From: Macrostomum lignano
Taxonomy: Eukaryota
NCBI GenBank assembly: GCA_002269645.1
Contig: NIVC01001016.1
Coordinates: 248,001-312,000 of the forward strand
Direction: 5' to 3'
DNA: 64,000 bases
The notes beneath the pieces were generated by a model. The model did no database searches, was not told the origin of the DNA, and was given only the letters and a program-made list of their open reading frames with translations. A program made the translations under genes and the position numbers. Below are positions 59,794 to 64,000 of the stretch, piece after piece (positions within the stretch are counted from its first letter, which is position 1; each line of letters opens with the position of its first letter).

Positions 59794-61828
59794 TCAAATT
59801 TCAAGCAATCGTCCCATTGCCCATACGGCCATTGTCAGAGCTGTGGTTAAAAGTACTCCGCCGCTTGTTCGAATTCGATCGCTAGTGTTGCATCCGTCTG
59901 TACCTGAGCACTGGTTGCAGTTGGACTGTGTGGGACTGCAGGTGCCGCAGCCTTTGTAGTAGTACTGAAAATGCACAGGTTGAGGGTGGGAGCAGTGGGT
60001 GCCTTAGTGTGGGAGCAGTGGATGCCTCAGTGTGGGAACAGTGGATGCTTCAGTGTGGGAACAGTGAATGCCTCAGTGTGGGAACAGTGGATGCCTCAGT
60101 GTGGGAACAGTGGATGCCTCAGTGTGCGAACAGTGAATGCCTCAGTGTGGGAACAGTGAGTGCCAATGGGAACAGTGGATATCTGAGTGTGGGAACAGTG
60201 GATGCCTCAGTGTGGGAACAGTGGATGCCTCAGTGTGGGAACAGTGGATGCCTGAGTGTGGGAACAGTGAGTGCCAATGGGAACAGTGGATATCTGAGTG
60301 TGGGAGCAGTGGGTGCCTGAGTGTGGGAACAGTGGATGCCTCAGTGTGGGAACAGTGGATATCTGAGTGTGGGAACAGTGAGTGCCAATAGGAACAGTGG
60401 ATATCTGAGTGTGGGAACAGTGAGTGCCAATAGGAACAGTGGATATCTGAGTGTGGGAAAAGTGAGTGCCAATAGGAACAGTGGATATCTGAGTGTGGGA
60501 GCAGTGGGTGCCTGAGTGTGGGAACAGTGGATGCCTCAGTGTGAGAGCAGTGGATATCTGAATGTGGGAACAATGGATATCTGAGTGTGGGAACAATGGA
60601 TATCTGAGTGTGGGAACAATGGATATCTGAGTGTGGGAACAATGGATATCTGAGTGTGGGAACAATAGATATCTGAGTGTGGGAACAGTGGATATCTGAG
60701 TGTGGTAAAAGTAGATGCCTGTTACGTGTTATGCGCGTTACGTGCCTGTTAAACCTAAAAGTGGGTGTCTGAGTGTGGTAAAATTGGGTGTCTGAGTGTG
60801 GTAAAGTGGGTGTCTGAGTGTGTTAAAAGTGGATGTCTGAGTGTGGTGAGTGCTTACCGGAATGCCAGCCACGGTAGTGTAATAATAGTGACAGTAAAAC
60901 ACAGCGTTGCTGCAGGTCTCCAGCACTCCGCTTTTCCAATAGACGCTGCCGCTACCCACGTAGCATTTGATGCTCAGTGCACCGCCTGATTGTGTAAAAA
61001 TACGTAGATAGTGGCTTCTTGGAAAGATTTTATGAAGAATTGCTCTTAACCCCATGGAGAATCTCCCTTTAGTCCCATGGAGAATCTCCCTTTAGTCCAA
61101 TGGAGAATCTCCCTTTAGTCCCATGGAGAATCACCCAAATCCCATGGTGAATCTCCCTTTAGTCCCATGGAGAATCTCCCTTTAGTCCCATGGAGAATCT
61201 CCCTTTAGTCCCATGGAGAATCTCATTTTAGTCCCATGGAGAATCTCCCTTTAGTCCAATGGAGAATCTCCCTTTAGTCCCATGGAGAATCTCCCTTTAG
61301 TCCCATGGAGAATCTCATTTTAGTCCCATGGAGAATCTCCCTTTAGTCCAATGGAGAATCTCCCTTTAGTCCCATGGAGAATCTCCCTTTAGTCCCATGG
61401 AGAATCTCCCTTTAGTCCCATGGAGAATCTCCCTTTAGTCCCATGGAGAATCTCCCTTTAGTCCCATGGAGAATCTCCCTTTAGTCCCATGGAGAATCTC
61501 CCTTTAGTCCCATGGAGAATCTCCCTTTAGTCCCATGGAGAATCTCCCTTTAGTCCCATGGAGAATCTCCCTTTAGTCCCATGGAGAATCTCCCTTTAGT
61601 CCCATGGAGAATCTCCCTTTAGTCCCATGGAGAAACCCCCGTTAGTTCCATGGAGAATCACCCTTTAGCCTCATGGAGAATCAAATTTTAGCCCTATGGA
61701 GAATTATCCATACTGAAGTTATCAGTTGTAAATTATCACATTCTTATAAAAAGCTGCTATTAAGTCTTACCAAACGCGGTTGCCAAAACAAGAACAAGGA
61801 ATTGAATCCTTCGTAGGTCAGAATTCAT
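59794..61828 (-). CDS. Ly6/uPAR (three-finger) GPI-anchored protein, 118 aa; exons 61771-61828, 60858-60985, 59794-59964
   Basis: Signal-peptide exon MNSDLRRIQFLVLVLATAF with a phase-1 intron typical of Ly6 genes. IKCYVG start of the domain, 8 Cys ending CNQCSGTDGCN, hydrophobic C-terminal GPI signal. Introns are GT-AG with phases 1 and 0. Confidence 0.82.
59985..60850. repeat. Intronic minisatellite, 23-bp unit CAGTGGATGCCTCAGTGTGGGAA
   Basis: Tandem units in Ly6 intron 2. Confidence 0.95.
61050..61690. repeat. Intronic minisatellite, 23-bp unit AGTCCCATGGAGAATCTCCCTTT
   Basis: Tandem units in Ly6 intron 1. Confidence 0.95.
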
Positions 61829-62847
61829 TTTTTACGTCTTAGCAAAAATGATCTCTGGTTTCCAAGGTTAACAAAACTGACAGGCTCGCTCGCTTCTTTG
61901 GCTTAACTGTACTTCACATAGTCGCCTTGAATTCGATGTTTTTATAAGCCCTTACCCTTGCCCCCACATTGTCGCTGTGCGTACATTCGAAATGTACGCA
62001 CACATCTCTTTAAAGAGAAAATAGAACAAGAGACGAAATTCCGGTAGAAAAAAAATGGCATGAGGGGCTACACCTTGTGGCTATTGTGCCTTCATGGTCT
62101 TTTTGTGTCTGACTCGGGCTTCTAAACTATAAGCTGTTTGTCTTTTGTTTTGCCAACTCTGTTTTCAACTTTTTTCTCTGCGAGAGCTTCTTAGTCTCTG
62201 TGCAACATTTTTAGAATTATAAAATGACGGTGGTCGCTAAAATTTTATATAAATATATTGGGGTCTATGGGTGCACCCAAGTACAGTGTGAGTGGCCTAT
62301 CTTGGGAATATACGATCTATGGTAAAGAGTTCCTCTATTAAAAAGAGTTTTTTAAAGAGAAACCAATTTACAAGAGTTGTCTATGGTCGAAGCTTATTTT
62401 TCACCGTAGAGTTTCTTATATACACAACTCAAGTCAAGCCGACTATAGAAATGAAGACAAGTGGGGGCCATAGACAACACGCGAATTTCTGACTAAAATA
62501 CTCGACTGAGACTTACAGACTGAAAGTGTTAATTCAAGAAAGCGACTTTGTGCGGATGCATACAGTAACGCTTCTACTGACTGCAGCAACAGACCTTGTA
62601 ATTAGTCTGTGTTAAACGTATTGTCTATGGCCCAACCTGTCTTCCTTCTATAAGATTTCAAAAGTCAGATTGTTCATTTTCCAAATTAGCAAGACTAATT
62701 TTGGTATGTCTTTAATCGCTATAGTTCATTGATAGGAAACTTCTGTGCGCATCAAAGAGTCTTACGTTTTTTTCTTCTATTGCACTAAAATTTATGCTGA
62801 TAACATCATTCATCACTGTTTAATATTTGAAACAGCCCCGGCAAACA

Positions 62848-64000
62848 ATGACAGACTCTGTCGCTCCATCAGAAACGACAGAAAATGCGTTAGAAGCTGC
62901 AGCGGCGGCGCCTCAGCCACCTCCGACTGCTCAACCCCCTCCTCCGCCTCCGCCGCCTCCTCCACCAGCCGCCGCAGCCGCAGCCGCAGTTGTTAACAAC
63001 GCTGAACGCGATCAACTATTCGAATTCTTTCTCCATCGATTGTGCGTCATCTACGCTAGCGCTTTCCCGTCGCCGGCTCGAAGATTCATAGAATTTGTAC
63101 TTTTGGTAGTGGCCGTAGCGGCCCTAATGATACTTATGTACGTGCACTTGATCTTCGTGAAAGCGCCCGTGACCTGTATGGACGATCTCATTGCTACTTG
63201 GCCTAGAAATGGTGTGCTACGAGTTGAAGTAATCAAAGGCGCACCGTTTGGTTACGATCTGAATCAGTCTTATCACAAAGAGTTCAGCGCTGCCCAACTT
63301 ATTCAATATCATAGTCCTCAGCAGCAGCAGCAGCAGGTTTCACCTGCTTCTCAAGCCAGCCGTGCTCAAGCATCAGCTCATGCTGCTACTCAACAGTGCA
63401 ACTCTCCCAGTCTTGCCGAATTGTTAGCCATGTACTATTCTCCAGTTGGTAGCGTTTATAAGCAGCCGAATTTTCGGTATCCAACAGGTGGCAATGGGAT
63501 TATTAATAATAATTCATCCTCCAACAATTCAGACGCTAGTTCAGGTGACACTTTTAGCTACCTGTTTGACTATCTAGTAGCCAGCGCTAATGTTAACACA
63601 GACAAAGCTTTGCAACCGTTTCGCGAGACACTAACAGAGCTGGAACTGTTTGCTAATCTGGTATTTCCACGCGAGAAGCATATTATTGAATACTCGCTAG
63701 AATACGGCTTCTTGAAGCTATCGCCTGTGACTAGAAAAAATCTCAACATTCCTGTCCAGTTAGTAATCCTGGATCCTAATAATCACACCTGCTTTGGCAA
63801 CGGGTTCAGCAGGTTTCTACTAGAAGAGTTTCTAGGCTACAACGATCTGCTGTTAGCCGGTTTAAAGCGCCTTGCCGAGGCTGGTGATAAAGGCTTCGTG
63901 CGCAATGTTGTGACGGGCGATCAGTTTCGTTTCGTAAACGTTTGGATGAGTAGAAGCAGCTATCTGCCATCGGCGTTTATTATGATCATATTCACCCTGT
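62848..64000 (+). CDS. TMEM259: Membralin (TMEM259), 5' part; open to the window end and therefore absent from the ORF track
   Basis: ATG 62848, then RDQLFEFFLHRLCVIYASAFPSPARRFIEF...YVHLIFVKAPVTC...WPRNGVLRVEV...YIIEYSLEYGFLKLSPVTRKNLNIPV...CFGNGFSRFLLEEFLGYNDLL...KGFVRNVVTGDQFRFV, which are membralin motifs. No stop through 64000. Confidence 0.92.
   Translation, partial: MTDSVAPSETTENALEAAAAAPQPPPTAQPPPPPPPPPPPAAAAAAAVVNNAERDQLFEFFLHRLCVIYASAFPSPARRFIEFVLLVVAVAALMILMYVHLIFVKAPVTCMDDLIATWPRNGVLRVEVIKGAPFGYDLNQSYHKEFSAAQLIQYHSPQQQQQQVSPASQASRAQASAHAATQQCNSPSLAELLAMYYSPVGSVYKQPNFRYPTGGNGIINNNSSSNNSDASSGDTFSYLFDYLVASANVNTDKALQPFRETLTELELFANLVFPREKHIIEYSLEYGFLKLSPVTRKNLNIPVQLVILDPNNHTCFGNGFSRFLLEEFLGYNDLLLAGLKRLAEAGDKGFVRNVVTGDQFRFVNVWMSRSSYLPSAFIMIIFTL

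Noticed and set aside
5178-61055. Many long ORFs with periodic peptides (ATEGAP, RGRQLQ, SSPLPSLHP, TQNYLSQ, GISGFQGSGSRVF, GCLLSG, SSCLLYS and others)
   Set aside because: They are translations of stop-free minisatellite units in introns or spacers. They are open in several frames at once and lack exon context.
61050-61690. GGAGAATCTCC palindrome as an NF-kB-like site in Ly6 intron 1
   Set aside because: It does not match GGGRNWYYCC properly and is too weak given the number of arrays screened.

Overview
Eukaryotic (animal) genomic DNA with GC-balanced spliced exons and very AT-rich spacers. The style suggests a free-living flatworm such as Macrostomum, but that is inference only. I reconstructed eight protein-coding genes by hand from GT-AG junctions with matching phases: an LRR + death-domain protein (LRRD1-like, +), a Tbx2/3 T-box factor (-), an ECT2-like DH-PH RhoGEF with no visible BRCT exons (-), two tandem CRAL-TRIO lipid-binding paralogues (+), MRPL48 (+), a GPI-type Ly6/uPAR three-finger protein (-) and membralin/TMEM259 (+, runs off the window). 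Mobile DNA comprises a 5'-truncated Penelope-like retroelement with a degenerate hammerhead ribozyme and several MITEs. Almost every intron holds its own private minisatellite (14-50 bp units, more than 30 arrays), and most long ORFs in the supplied track are artefacts of these arrays. The most unusual observations are four. (1) A 286-bp MITE with an 8-bp TSD is present twice and carries a 28S rRNA fragment (helix 69 and the R2/I-PpoI/Pokey target) with the cleavage site scrambled. (2) A frame-symmetric ECT2 exon is flanked by two ~700-bp arrays that are reverse complements of each other. (3) Several arrays multiply transcription-factor-like motifs that fit their host gene: E2F in ECT2, a T-box site in Tbx2/3, and DR4 in a CRAL-TRIO gene. 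(4) The CRAL-TRIO paralogues differ by one intron at a precise position. No CRISPR array and no intact rRNA or tRNA gene is present.
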